In this document: piece by piece, positions 27,391 to 36,441 of the stretch
Layout of the letters: each line of letters opens with the position of its first letter
Numbering within the stretch: the first letter of the stretch is position 1
DNA from: a virus
Taxonomy: Duplodnaviria; Caudoviricetes
DNA length: 49,534 bases
Reading direction: 5' to 3' (one strand)
IMG/VR virus record: IMGVR_UViG_3300029822_000015
Location: 1 to 49,534 of that record
Position numbers and translations under genes: made by a program
Notes under the pieces: model-generated
What the model saw: only the letters and a program-made list of their open reading frames with translations
Databases searched by the model: none
What the model was told of the DNA's origin: nothing

Positions 27391-28149
27391 TTAGTTTTGA
27401 TCGAAGAATGAACCCTTGAAGCGAGTCGGGTCGGTCGCAGTTGACTTAGCTACGATCTCACCGAAGTTTGGCGTATTGCTAGTAGACTTACCGCCAGCGT
27501 TTGCATCTGTTTGGTAAGCACTTTGCTTTGCGCCTTTAACTAGACTGTCTAACAGATCGTTAAACCACTTGATGTTTGCATTTGTATCTTCCGGTGTATT
27601 ACCGATCAGCTTATCAGCATCTTTTGTCGCAAAGGTAACCCCAGCTTTAGCAAGCTTCTCAGTGTCTAGGCTACTAAGAACAGTTGCCTGCATATCACGA
27701 TGATCTCGTTCGGCTTTAAGCGCTTTGTTGTCATCGAGGGCGGCTTGTAGTTGCGCTTGCAGCTTCTCGTCGTCGGTCATCTTAGCAAGCTTTTCAGCAG
27801 CCGACTTGCCTTGGTCTTTACCCTCAGCTAGTCCTTTAGCATAAGCCCGGTTAGCACGCTCGGTAACAATTGCATCAATTTCGGCTTGAGTTTTAGGCAA
27901 GTCAGTTTGCTTTGATTGCTGTGTACCAGTCTGCTGTTGCTGGGTGCTAGATTGCTGTGTATCAGTCTGCTGTTGCTGGGTGCTAGGTTGCTGTGTATTG
28001 GTTTGCTGTTGCTTATCAGCAAGAGCTTGGTCAACAATGCCTTGAATAAAATCTTTACCCGTCTGTTCGCCACCCGCTGGTGTCGTCGCATCAGCTGGGC
28101 TACCTGCTGGGTTCTGATTCGTGGTTTGTGTGTTGTTAGTTTCAGTCAT
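27391..28149 (-). CDS. Capsid scaffolding protein (DUF4355-like)
   Basis: Q/T-rich N-terminus, TQAEIDAIV..R and AEKLAKMT motifs. Confidence 0.85.
   Translation of the reverse strand: MTETNNTQTTNQNPAGSPADATTPAGGEQTGKDFIQGIVDQALADKQQQTNTQQPSTQQQQTDTQQSSTQQQQTGTQQSKQTDLPKTQAEIDAIVTERANRAYAKGLAEGKDQGKSAAEKLAKMTDDEKLQAQLQAALDDNKALKAERDHRDMQATVLSSLDTEKLAKAGVTFATKDADKLIGNTPEDTNANIKWFNDLLDSLVKGAKQSAYQTDANAGGKSTSNTPNFGEIVAKSTATDPTRFKGSFFDQN
27917..28013. repeat. 36-bp tandem repeat (~2.7 copies) in the scaffold gene
   Basis: TGCTGTGTATCAGTCTGCTGTTGCTGGGTGCTAG-type units encoding QQQTDTQQSSTQ. Confidence 0.85.
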
Positions 28150-28226
28150 GGTGGAACCTCCGTTTTAAAGTCTTGTTTGACTATTCCTTGATGGGATTTA
28201 TGTCACCGCATGTTTTGGACGACTAA

Positions 28227-28235
28227 ATTATACCA
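28227..28235 (-). promoter_or_regulatory. Extended -10 promoter upstream of the scaffold/capsid operon
   Basis: TGGTATAAT about 80 nt upstream of the scaffold start. Confidence 0.55.
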
Positions 28236-28369
28236 CAGGTTAAAAGGGCATGCACCTCTAGCCCCGCAAGCTTTCCAGCAATTCACAGCAATAGGCTTGC
28301 AGCAGTTACTTTGTGATATTTTTACCAAAGTCGACCAAAACACATCAAATAAAAATGTTACAGAAAAAT

Positions 28370-28834
28370 GTTGGGTCGTGTCAATCCCTTCTCGCAGTAA
28401 GTAAAACCCGTCAGACGACCCAACAATTCGCCATTTTTGCCAAAAACTTTTCTCTATAGGCGTTAAGTACCCCCATTGGACCGGTCCACTTCTCTTATTA
28501 CTCCTTATTTCCAATTATAATATTATTTAAGAAAAAAGAGTGCTTTTGTGCATTTGTATTATACAAATTGAGTATTACCAGTAGCTCAACACGACCCAAC
28601 ATTTAAAAAAAAGAGTGCAAATGTGCATTAAATTTGTGCACCTTCATTTTTCTCGAAAATAGACGACCCAACATTTTTTTTAAAAAGATGGTTAGTACAT
28701 TATTCACAAGCTACCAAAAACAGCTAAAAAATACTTTTTTGGTAAAATCGACAATTGTGTGCACTTTTTAGACTGAAATGCTGTAATAGCAGTGGGTTGA
28801 CACGACCCAACATTTAATGCAAAAGTTTGGTCGT
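28370..28834. repeat. Copy B of the duplicated non-coding element (candidate origin)
   Basis: CGACCCAAC at 28416, 28592, 28664 and 28803, inverted at 28370; aligns with 2255-2430. Confidence 0.8.
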
Positions 28835-28847
28835 AAATTTTCGGCAC

Positions 28848-28876
28848 AAAAAAACAGCACCTCATTTGAAGTGCTG
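28848..28876 (-). terminator. Terminator (second of a tandem pair)
   Basis: CAGCAC...GTGCTG stem plus T7 on the minus strand. Confidence 0.65.
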
Positions 28877-28892
28877 ATCCTATCTTTTAAGT

Positions 28893-28928
28893 AAAAAAAA
28901 AACACCAGCTACCAGAAATAGCTGGTGT
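28893..28928 (-). terminator. Terminator after the minor head gene
   Basis: ACACCAGCTA...TAGCTGGTGT stem plus a long T tract. Confidence 0.8.
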
Positions 28929-29003
28929 AACGATTATAAGAAAGATGTGGCGCCAATAAAGTATGTTATGGAGGAAAATAATTGGTATGCCTATATGGTA
29001 GCA

Positions 29004-29981
29004 CTATTTCCCAACGTGTGCAATCTTAGTACAGCGGCAATTCGGGTGGCTATTATCGGGAATACTTGGGCTATCCGGATCATCAACTAGGTACGGGTTG
29101 CCAGACTCGATGTCAACACAGACACCGCAAGCCCCGGCTTGGGTTACCCAGTCGAAATACTTAATCCCCTTAGCCTTAAACACGGCCATTGTGGCCTGAT
29201 CTAAAACTCGCGCTCTCTCGGTGACAATGATGCGCTTAATGTAGGTATTATTAAGCTCAAACTGTTCCGTAACACTTCCGCCGGATGGCTGTTTGATGCT
29301 TGGGAATAGTTTGTTAAGATCGGCTTGCTTAAGTCCACTTCGCAGCGACTTAGTGACTAGATTTTGGACATTGTTTACTAAGCTGTCATTGTAAAGCCAG
29401 ATGTTGTTAGACCAGTCTTCGCCAGTTACCGTTGTGCTAACGATCTGCTTGGATTGTCGGAGTATCTTGTGCTTAGTCAAGCCACTGGTCAGCATCGTTT
29501 CAGCGCCAGACTTGAGGGCTAGTTGGCTGGCATTAAATTGTCGGCTTACTGCTGTTTCAAAATCGTTTGTCAGCGTCTGCTTTAGTAGCGCTATGGTGCT
29601 TAACGACGCGCCTGCTATACTCCAACCAATTAAAGCATTAAGCGCCTGAAATCGGCTTATTTTAGCTTGATCGGCCAGTAGCTTCTCACGCTGCTTAACT
29701 TGTTGATCTGAACTGCTGGCCAGTCTAGCTGAACGATCGGCTCTCTCAATCTCGTCATTATCTTGCCAATCATTATGCTTGAGTAGCGCAACATACTTAA
29801 GCACACCAGCAGCACCAAAGCGGCGAAGATAGTAGTTGAGATGGGCCAGAATGTCTTTTAACGCATCTTGATAGTAGGTATTGGCTTGACCACTAACCCG
29901 AATATCATCGGCTAATAGCTTGTCAATGTACGCCTTTTCGATTGCTGGTGTTAAAAGCTGCATACTAATCATCGTCCTCAC
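29004..29981 (-). CDS. Minor head morphogenesis protein (SPP1 gp7 / Mu F-like)
   Basis: WSNNIW, RIIVTE, ACGVC and HPNCRC motifs. Confidence 0.85.
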   Translation of the reverse strand: MRTMISMQLLTPAIEKAYIDKLLADDIRVSGQANTYYQDALKDILAHLNYYLRRFGAAGVLKYVALLKHNDWQDNDEIERADRSARLASSSDQQVKQREKLLADQAKISRFQALNALIGWSIAGASLSTIALLKQTLTNDFETAVSRQFNASQLALKSGAETMLTSGLTKHKILRQSKQIVSTTVTGEDWSNNIWLYNDSLVNNVQNLVTKSLRSGLKQADLNKLFPSIKQPSGGSVTEQFELNNTYIKRIIVTERARVLDQATMAVFKAKGIKYFDWVTQAGACGVCVDIESGNPYLVDDPDSPSIPDNSHPNCRCTKIAHVGK

Positions 29982-31650
29982 TTTGAATGGTCGTCTCGTT
30001 GTTGCTTACCTGTGTGCCGCCATTTTGCGGCTTAGCGTTCGAGTTATCAGCATTCTGGGTATCGGTTAGCACATCACCATACGGGTCATCAGGTAGGTTA
30101 TTTTGGGCTTGTGTGGCCTTCTGCTGGTTCTCATTAGCAATCTTGTCCATCTCTTTTTTAGGATCGTCAACATTAGATAACGAGCTTAAAGCTGTCTCTT
30201 GTGACGTGGTGCTTTGCAGTTCGGTAGCCGTTTGTGCTTCGGCTAGTAAGTTGTGCGGAATGGTCTGCGTGAAGGTGTAGGTAAGATCCTTTACTAAGTC
30301 CGGGTTATCTTCTTTAAACTGCAGGAAGCAGGTAAAAATAGCGTTTAATGCCCGCTTAAACTTGGTCTCTTTAGCAAGGGCTTTAGTCTTCATCGAATGA
30401 ATCTTAAAGTCCAGGGCTTGTGCTGCGGCGGTGTTGAACTCAACATTGTCCAGGTCAGGGATCTGACTGATCTGATAAATAAAGTCGGTGTCGTGTTGAA
30501 TCTGGTGCTCTTGGATGTCATCACCGGTTGGCCGTTCAAGATAGTAGGCTGACGGTACCTGGGCTTTATCGGTAATGTCCATGTTATTCGAGTTTTTAAA
30601 TAAATTAATTAGTCGTGTTTGCTTGATCTTTTTGCGCTCATCATCGCTAAGCTCAACCCCGGCCATAACTAAGATGGACTGTTCGAAAGATTCGCTGTCA
30701 TTAGACTTGTTACTCATGGCGTAGTCTAGGTCATCGATCAGGCTAAGCACATCATCAAACACACCGAGACGTTCCGAGTTATCCATCACCTCAACAAAGG
30801 GCAACACCGGATAAGCCGGGTGCGCATAGTTCGGGTCAAGGCTAAGGTCATCATCTTCATCCACAGCAAAAGCCATATCACGTGCTGAATCAGAAGCATT
30901 AAACGGATAATTTTTGTCCTTAGTAACGAGGGTGCCAATCAGGTTAATATTGCCATTCGTGTCTGGTGTAAATGAATAAATAACCGCAAATAGTGGCTCG
31001 TCAGAAAACGAATCATACACAACAAAACTGTGGTCTGGTGTGACTGAAGCTACATGTGCCTGTGCTGGGGTTTGATTATCTGTATAAAAATACAGGTACG
31101 ACCGGCCAAAAATAGAGGCTTGTTTCGAGCACTCGGTGAGCGTGTCATCGAGTGTGTCTTGACTACTAAAATCATTAATATCCTGGTTGATTTTGTCGGA
31201 CTTGTCGCTGTTTAGGTCTTCCGGATCATCATAAGAAATCTTGACCGGTGTGCCCATAAAGTAGCCGTTAAAAGTATCAACTAACTTTTTAGGCATGTTG
31301 ACAACCAGCCGATTATCCGGGTCACCATCGGGCGTTTTTGGCCGATTAAGGATGTTAACATGGCGGCCTTTATAGTAGTTCTGTTTAGCTACGTAAGCCG
31401 GCGAGATAACCATTCGATGGTAGTTGATCATGTTATACAAGTCCTGCTTGCCATCTGCGGAAATGATCAAATTATTGACCTTTTGTTTCGGGTATCGAAT
31501 GACATCATTTTCATCTACAAAAGCCCCTCCCGATAGGTTAATCGCTTGCTGTGGCTGCCATAGACCCTGTCCTGATACCTTAAGACCGGAAATAAAATTA
31601 TCTTGTAAACTCTTGAAAAAAGAGATAATACCTGACATTGCTGTAAACAT
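29965..31650 (-). CDS. Portal protein (SPP1 gp6-like)
   Basis: YYKGRH, DNRLVVNMPKKLVD...GYFMGTP and SQETALS motifs. Confidence 0.92.
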   Translation of the reverse strand: MFTAMSGIISFFKSLQDNFISGLKVSGQGLWQPQQAINLSGGAFVDENDVIRYPKQKVNNLIISADGKQDLYNMINYHRMVISPAYVAKQNYYKGRHVNILNRPKTPDGDPDNRLVVNMPKKLVDTFNGYFMGTPVKISYDDPEDLNSDKSDKINQDINDFSSQDTLDDTLTECSKQASIFGRSYLYFYTDNQTPAQAHVASVTPDHSFVVYDSFSDEPLFAVIYSFTPDTNGNINLIGTLVTKDKNYPFNASDSARDMAFAVDEDDDLSLDPNYAHPAYPVLPFVEVMDNSERLGVFDDVLSLIDDLDYAMSNKSNDSESFEQSILVMAGVELSDDERKKIKQTRLINLFKNSNNMDITDKAQVPSAYYLERPTGDDIQEHQIQHDTDFIYQISQIPDLDNVEFNTAAAQALDFKIHSMKTKALAKETKFKRALNAIFTCFLQFKEDNPDLVKDLTYTFTQTIPHNLLAEAQTATELQSTTSQETALSSLSNVDDPKKEMDKIANENQQKATQAQNNLPDDPYGDVLTDTQNADNSNAKPQNGGTQVSNNETTIQSEDDD

Positions 31651-31652
31651 TT

Positions 31653-33122
31653 TTAGATCCCCTCCTTAAATAAATGAATCCCCGTGTGGCTACTGCTACC
31701 TTTCCCAAATTGCAACGCTTGGGTCATGCTATCAACCTCATCATCGTGAGCCATATTAGGAAACCCGGTCCACTCATCAATCGTCTGCATGATCCAGCCT
31801 TTGTATTTAGGATGTGGCACATAAATATTCTCGGCGTCCCAAAGCCCGATAATAGCATTCGCACGGGTCACTTTGTCTTTAACAGGTGTGACCGGGGTTA
31901 GCCCAGATACTTGGCCAGCTATCTCGGATAAAACCGCTGCGCCATTGGCCTTTTTTTCGATAAAAATTTGATGGGCTTCTGGCCAGCGCTTAGCCATAGC
32001 CTTGATCTGTCTGACCTGTTCGGGAAACTCCATGCGGGCATGCACCCGGTCAAGCAGGTAATACCTTGACCCGACAATCCCCCAGGTCTGGCCAGCAACG
32101 TAGTCTGATGTGTCGCTCGATGAGAAGGTTAGGTCCCAGCTACTAAAGACCTTGTCAAAGGCTTGTGGTAGCACACTAACACGTGGATCGCCCTCCTCAC
32201 CATAGTCCTTAAGCGACATGTCATCAGGCACCCAGTAGTGGAGCTTGCTCTCTTTGAAGATGTTACCACCTTCTTTAACTGGTCGCTGCTGATAGATCGC
32301 GTTAAACATCCGCTGGCCTAGCAGGTCGCGTTGGGACTCGACCAGTTCTTGGCTCTTAACTGGCGGGCACAAGGTCTCACCAAGTTCACGTCCTAGTGGG
32401 TCGTTTTCCTCGGCGAGCGCTGGTAGCTTGATCTCTTCCCATGGAAGGTCAGCCTGCTTGAGTAACCGGCCCGGTAGATCATCAACATTCCAGCGGGTCA
32501 TGATGATAATAATAGAAGCATTATTCGATCGCCGAGTGGCGAAGTTAGAAGCAAAGGCTTCCCAGACTTTTGCCCGCTGAACGGGTGAGTCTGCACTGAC
32601 CATGCCGGAGAATGGGTCATCGATAATTAGCAAATCTGATCGCATACCAGTCGACTGCCCTAAGATCGTAGTGGCAAACATGCTACCATCGTGCTTGTCG
32701 ACTTTCCACTCGTTAGATGTGTGCTTTTTATGCGAGACATGAAGCTGGTACATATCGGGTGCCAAGGTTGAGAATTTTAGCATGTTGGCGCTCCCAAAGC
32801 CCTTAACCAGTCGGTCAGAGTAAGATGATATGACCACGCGCTTATCAGGGTTCTTCATCAGAAAGTAGCTCGGAAAAGTCTCGGTAATGGTCATGGACTT
32901 ACCATGCTGGGGTGGCATCTCGACGATATAGAACTTTTGTTCGCCATCGATAATTTTTTGTAGCTTGTCACAGATCAGCTTAGTGTGGGGATAAAGCTTA
33001 CCACGTGGGTTAAGCATCTCCGTCGCTAAGGTGAAGTAGTCCGCATAGCTGCGCTTAGCCAGCTCGCACTTCGCATAGTGTGCGATGACTGCCAGTTCTT
33101 TTTTACTCGTCAATTTCTTCAC
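31653..33122 (-). CDS. terL: Terminase large subunit
   Basis: MPPQHGKS Walker A, LLIIDDP Walker B, IMTRW, YQQRP and HDDEVDS. Confidence 0.95.
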   Translation of the reverse strand: MKKLTSKKELAVIAHYAKCELAKRSYADYFTLATEMLNPRGKLYPHTKLICDKLQKIIDGEQKFYIVEMPPQHGKSMTITETFPSYFLMKNPDKRVVISSYSDRLVKGFGSANMLKFSTLAPDMYQLHVSHKKHTSNEWKVDKHDGSMFATTILGQSTGMRSDLLIIDDPFSGMVSADSPVQRAKVWEAFASNFATRRSNNASIIIIMTRWNVDDLPGRLLKQADLPWEEIKLPALAEENDPLGRELGETLCPPVKSQELVESQRDLLGQRMFNAIYQQRPVKEGGNIFKESKLHYWVPDDMSLKDYGEEGDPRVSVLPQAFDKVFSSWDLTFSSSDTSDYVAGQTWGIVGSRYYLLDRVHARMEFPEQVRQIKAMAKRWPEAHQIFIEKKANGAAVLSEIAGQVSGLTPVTPVKDKVTRANAIIGLWDAENIYVPHPKYKGWIMQTIDEWTGFPNMAHDDEVDSMTQALQFGKGSSSHTGIHLFKEGI

Positions 33123-33684
33123 CTCTTACCGCGATCCGGCGTAGGTCATCAGTGCCAAGCTTAGCCATCTCTTTAGCGATGTGCACCGTTCCTTCGACTT
33201 CGATGTGCTGGGTGTCGCGCCAAGACGCCGGTTGTCGGTTCATCAACCACCAGCGTTGCGTAGATTGGTTAGCAGGCTGCCACTTCTGTAGTCTGGCCAC
33301 AGTCCCGTTTCCGGCCATGACATCTTCTTCATAATAGTAGCCGGTCGCGTTTTTAAAGGTCGCGTACTCGACTTGCGCGTCAGCGATGCTTTTAGACAGC
33401 TTGATCGCAGCTGCTAAGCTAGGTGACTGGTGGCACCAGTTCCGCAGCGTCCGTGTCGTGATCTCCATCAAGTCAGCCAGCTCCTCGCTACGCATGCCGC
33501 GCATGCACCACACCTTGACCTGGGTGATAGCTGGTTCAGTTGACCAGAACTCTAGTCTAGGGTTACGGCGGTTACGGTGCTTGATGCGGACTTGCTTTGT
33601 CTTAAGATTCTCGGCTTTTTTCAGGGCTGCCGAGTTAGCTGCTATTGCTTCTTTATCAACGGCTTTTCTGCCTCTTTTTCCCAT
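33103..33684 (-). CDS. terS: Terminase small subunit
   Basis: HTH ELADLMEITTRTLRNW; GYYYEE and WLMNRQP..WRD motifs; AGGAG RBS before MGKRGRK. Confidence 0.8.
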   Translation of the reverse strand: MGKRGRKAVDKEAIAANSAALKKAENLKTKQVRIKHRNRRNPRLEFWSTEPAITQVKVWCMRGMRSEELADLMEITTRTLRNWCHQSPSLAAAIKLSKSIADAQVEYATFKNATGYYYEEDVMAGNGTVARLQKWQPANQSTQRWWLMNRQPASWRDTQHIEVEGTVHIAKEMAKLGTDDLRRIAVRGEEIDE

Positions 33685-33718
33685 AATTCTCAGCTCCTTT
33701 ACCACCCCATTATACAGC

Positions 33719-33753
33719 AAAAAACGCCACAAACCAGCATTGGTAAGTGACGT
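33719..33753 (-). terminator. Terminator-like hairpin before the packaging operon, followed by TATAAT at 33709-33714
   Basis: CGTCAC..ACCA/TGGT..GTGGCG stem plus T6. Confidence 0.55.
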
Positions 33754-33772
33754 CTTAGGTAAAGGCGGAAAG

Positions 33773-34009
33773 TTAAGCGGTGGTAGTAGCTGTGGAAGCG
33801 GCTGCTGTAGATGAGTCAGTTGCTGCAGAAGAATCCGCATCTGCGTCATCTGTAAAGACTAAGTCAGCGGCGTTCGCGTAGTTAATGGTCGCAAAAGAAC
33901 GCAGGTTCTCATGTGCGACATGCAGTGCGCGTTCAGCGTCTTCTAAGTCTAAGCCGTTCAGAGCAGTTAAAACTGCCTTCGTGTTTTTAGTGACATCGGT
34001 TTGAGCCAT
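33773..34009 (-). CDS. Hypothetical protein with A/T/D-rich tail
   Basis: GAAGGTG RBS; ORF track. Confidence 0.6.
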   Translation of the reverse strand: MAQTDVTKNTKAVLTALNGLDLEDAERALHVAHENLRSFATINYANAADLVFTDDADADSSAATDSSTAAASTATTTA

Positions 34010-34011
34010 GA

Positions 34012-34266
34012 TCACACCTTCTTTCGCTTCAAGTACATCATAGCCAAGCTTAAATGGAGCTTAAGTAGTTCACCTAGCTTGCGTTTGAGCCATGCATTGA
34101 TACTGTCGATTTGGTCCTGAGCAGTCTTCTTAAAGTCCTTATCCTGTTCATCAAAAGCTTTCAGTTTACGCATTGCCCAGGTAGCTGATCCAATATCGTT
34201 CACCTTAAAAGTTGGCTTCTCAGTGCTGGTATCTTCTAGGTCGTCCTTAATCAATGTATTCATCAT
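34012..34266 (-). pseudogene. Truncated Mu Gam-like host-nuclease inhibitor
   Basis: FKVNDIGSATWAMRKL...I..W resembles the Gam N-terminus but the ORF ends after 84 aa, about half the usual length. Confidence 0.6.
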
Positions 34267-34448
34267 GCTTGATCACTCCTACTTTCTAATAAAAACAATT
34301 TTGCTTCCGTGGCATATAGTTGCCTGAAATCGTGAGTTAATTGCTCGATATCATTTAGCTTGGTTTTGCTGATACGTTCCTTTAGGCTTTTAACCATCGT
34401 TTGATAGGCTATAATCAAGGCGTAGTCTGTTGTTCGAGTACGAATCAT
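34263..34448 (-). CDS. Hypothetical protein
   Basis: GGAGG RBS; start/stop overlaps with both neighbours. Confidence 0.6.
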   Translation of the reverse strand: MIRTRTTDYALIIAYQTMVKSLKERISKTKLNDIEQLTHDFRQLYATEAKLFLLESRSDQA

Positions 34449-34582
34449 TAGCTGTCTTCCTCCTCGTCTTCAACCTGATCCCAATATTCTGCATCAGCTT
34501 GTTCTTTAGCTTCTTTATCAGAATCCTGTTCCTTGTAGTACTGATCTTCTAACTGCTGGTAATATCTATCTTCGTTGTACAT
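34448..34582 (-). CDS. Small acidic hypothetical protein (44 aa)
   Basis: MYNEDRYYQQLEDQYYKEQ...EEEDS*; GGAGG RBS; absent from the ORF track. Confidence 0.55.
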   Translation of the reverse strand: MYNEDRYYQQLEDQYYKEQDSDKEAKEQADAEYWDQVEDEEEDS

Positions 34583-34754
34583 ATGGCAGTCCTCCTGGTG
34601 ATTGAAGTAACACGCCATTTGCTGTAGAATTGAATTGAAATATATTTGCCTGAGCCAATAACTCTGGTGTGAACTTCGGCTGGCCGGTCGGGGTTCTTTT
34701 TTTATGCTGTTTTGGAGCGGTATAAATCATTGGCGAACTTAGTTTTAATTGCAT
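34566..34754 (-). CDS. Hypothetical protein
   Basis: AAGGAGGT RBS; ORF track. Confidence 0.55.
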   Translation of the reverse strand: MQLKLSSPMIYTAPKQHKKRTPTGQPKFTPELLAQANIFQFNSTANGVLLQSPGGLPYVQRR

Positions 34755-34766
34755 GTTGTTACCTCC

Positions 34767-34910
34767 TTACTTGATCCCAAAAAAGTCTTGTGGGTCTTTG
34801 ACGGCTTGACTGATTGCCCAAGCTAAACCACCAGCAAGCAATAGGCCAATTAGTCCAATAAATCCGTCAACCAAGCAGCGGCCAAAAAATATATAGTCCT
34901 GTGCGTTCAT
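34767..34910 (-). CDS. Small membrane protein (47 aa)
   Basis: MNAQDYIFFGRCLVDGFIGLIGLLLAGGLAWAISQAVKDPQDFFGIK*; AAAGGGTG RBS. Confidence 0.6.
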   Translation of the reverse strand: MNAQDYIFFGRCLVDGFIGLIGLLLAGGLAWAISQAVKDPQDFFGIK

Positions 34911-34944
34911 CTAATCACCCTTTCAAATTAACCCGCCTAGGTTT

Positions 34945-35208
34945 TTACTTTGTAGTTTGGTGATTCATAATCCATTCATGCACCGCGGGGACATAGTAGC
35001 GTGTCAATTTTCCGTCCTTAAAACTCGGGAAGCCTGGCTGATACCTGAAGTGATCATCAAAGGTGTTTACATCAATGTTTAAAACTTGTTCACAAAGTTC
35101 CTTGCGGGTAAGCAGTTGATAGTCATTTTGCTGACCGGCCTCGAACCCACGTTTAACCGCTTGATTGACCAGGTCTAAAATACCCTGTTCCAATACTGAT
35201 TCAGTCAT
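34945..35208 (-). CDS. Excisionase-like HTH DNA-binding protein
   Basis: LLTRKELC...IDVNTFD.HFRY..GFP....G...RY....V.EW winged-helix pattern. Confidence 0.7.
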   Translation of the reverse strand: MTESVLEQGILDLVNQAVKRGFEAGQQNDYQLLTRKELCEQVLNIDVNTFDDHFRYQPGFPSFKDGKLTRYYVPAVHEWIMNHQTTK

Positions 35209-35220
35209 ATGATCACCTGC

Positions 35221-35931
35221 CTACCGATTAGTATCAATCAGCTTTAAACCAGCTTCGGTGTATAACCACTGCGCAACTTCCTTATCAGAGTGCTGCGACT
35301 TACTGTTTGACCAGCGACCGTATTCGTTTTGACCGGGCTGTTCAGCCTTCAAACCAATTCGACTTGCAATTCGGCCAACCATGTTGGCTGAGATACCTAA
35401 TTGCTCACCAACTTGCCCCGCCGAAAACTCTTTGTCCTTCATGATTGGGATCGTCATTTCACCAGTGATGGATTCGGCTGCACGAGCCAAAATTGATTGC
35501 TGAGATGAATGAGATTCAGTCTTCATTGCAATTCGGTAAAGTGCATTAGCTTGATGTGTCTTGGCCTTAGTCATTTCGATCTCCGCCTGCTTCACGGGAT
35601 CAATTTTTTCCATTGGTAATCCAATGAGAGTCTCTTCCATGGCATTGAAAGCCTCGATGTACTTGAGCTTGAATTCCAGTGCCTTTGTTCCCGTAAACCC
35701 CATTGCTAGTAAGGTGAAACCATCACGGTTCATGTAATACATTGGATATTGCTTACCACGATTTTCATAAGTTCCTGTAGCAAACATCTCGCGGCTCAAT
35801 TTTGAGCCACCAAATTCCAGTAGCTTATCAATGTCTCTCATGATATTTTTGTGTTCTTTCTCAAACGTATCAGCTACCTGCAAGCTACTAGTAACAGCTT
35901 GCTTATTCTTCATAATTACTAAATCATTCAT
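35221..35931 (-). CDS. Rha-family phage regulatory / antirepressor protein
   Basis: TSSLQVADTFEKEHKNIMRDI and MNRDGFTLLAMGFTG.KAL.FK..YIEAFN motifs. Confidence 0.92.
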   Translation of the reverse strand: MNDLVIMKNKQAVTSSLQVADTFEKEHKNIMRDIDKLLEFGGSKLSREMFATGTYENRGKQYPMYYMNRDGFTLLAMGFTGTKALEFKLKYIEAFNAMEETLIGLPMEKIDPVKQAEIEMTKAKTHQANALYRIAMKTESHSSQQSILARAAESITGEMTIPIMKDKEFSAGQVGEQLGISANMVGRIASRIGLKAEQPGQNEYGRWSNSKSQHSDKEVAQWLYTEAGLKLIDTNR

Positions 35932-35955
35932 GCAGATCATTCCTTTCTATACTGA

Positions 35956-36243
35956 TTACTCCTGATAATCGTATGGTGGCTTAATATCTGCGCCAAAAGT
36001 AGCGATCAGCGCACCATAAACGGCTAGGTCGTCAGAGACGTTGTTTTGACTGCTAAACTTATCCAATGCCTTGCTAAAGATCTTAGATTGCAGGTCAAGC
36101 GACTCATCGATAACGCCCTCTTCGTATCGTTTTTTAAGGTCGGTTACAGATGTGATGCTTTCAGCCAGTGACTGGTTTAACTCTTTTTTAAACTGATCTT
36201 GAACAACGCTGACGATCATGCTGGTATCAAATTTTGTTTTCAT
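35956..36243 (-). CDS. Hypothetical protein
   Basis: GGAGG RBS; ATGA overlap. Confidence 0.6.
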   Translation of the reverse strand: MKTKFDTSMIVSVVQDQFKKELNQSLAESITSVTDLKKRYEEGVIDESLDLQSKIFSKALDKFSSQNNVSDDLAVYGALIATFGADIKPPYDYQE

Positions 36244-36428
36244 TTGTTTTCCTCCAATTTCAAGTTTCTACCAAGTATAAATATAGCTTTGTCATCAATT
36301 TCAATAACTTTCTTCAAGTAATATTTTTCATGCCAAACCATCGGAAAGGTTAACTTGCCAGACATCGCAATCAGTCTAAACAGGTCAAACATTATTGGAT
36401 AACAATCTGAATCCTTAAACTTAATCAT
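36240..36428 (-). CDS. Hypothetical protein
   Basis: GAGGAG RBS; ORF track. Confidence 0.55.
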   Translation of the reverse strand: MIKFKDSDCYPIMFDLFRLIAMSGKLTFPMVWHEKYYLKKVIEIDDKAIFILGRNLKLEENK

Positions 36429-36441
36429 CGTTGCTGTCTCC

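Noticed and set aside
27828-28091. Alternative-frame repeat ORF in the scaffold gene
   Set aside because: By-product of the 36-bp Gln-codon repeat; no RBS or motif.
28203-28514. 103-aa minus-strand and 64-aa plus-strand ORFs in the intergenic island
   Set aside because: They run through the repeat motifs and the promoter and show no protein-like features. An AAGGAG before the 28514 TTG exists, but it is part of the TTACTCCTTA motif shared with copy A.
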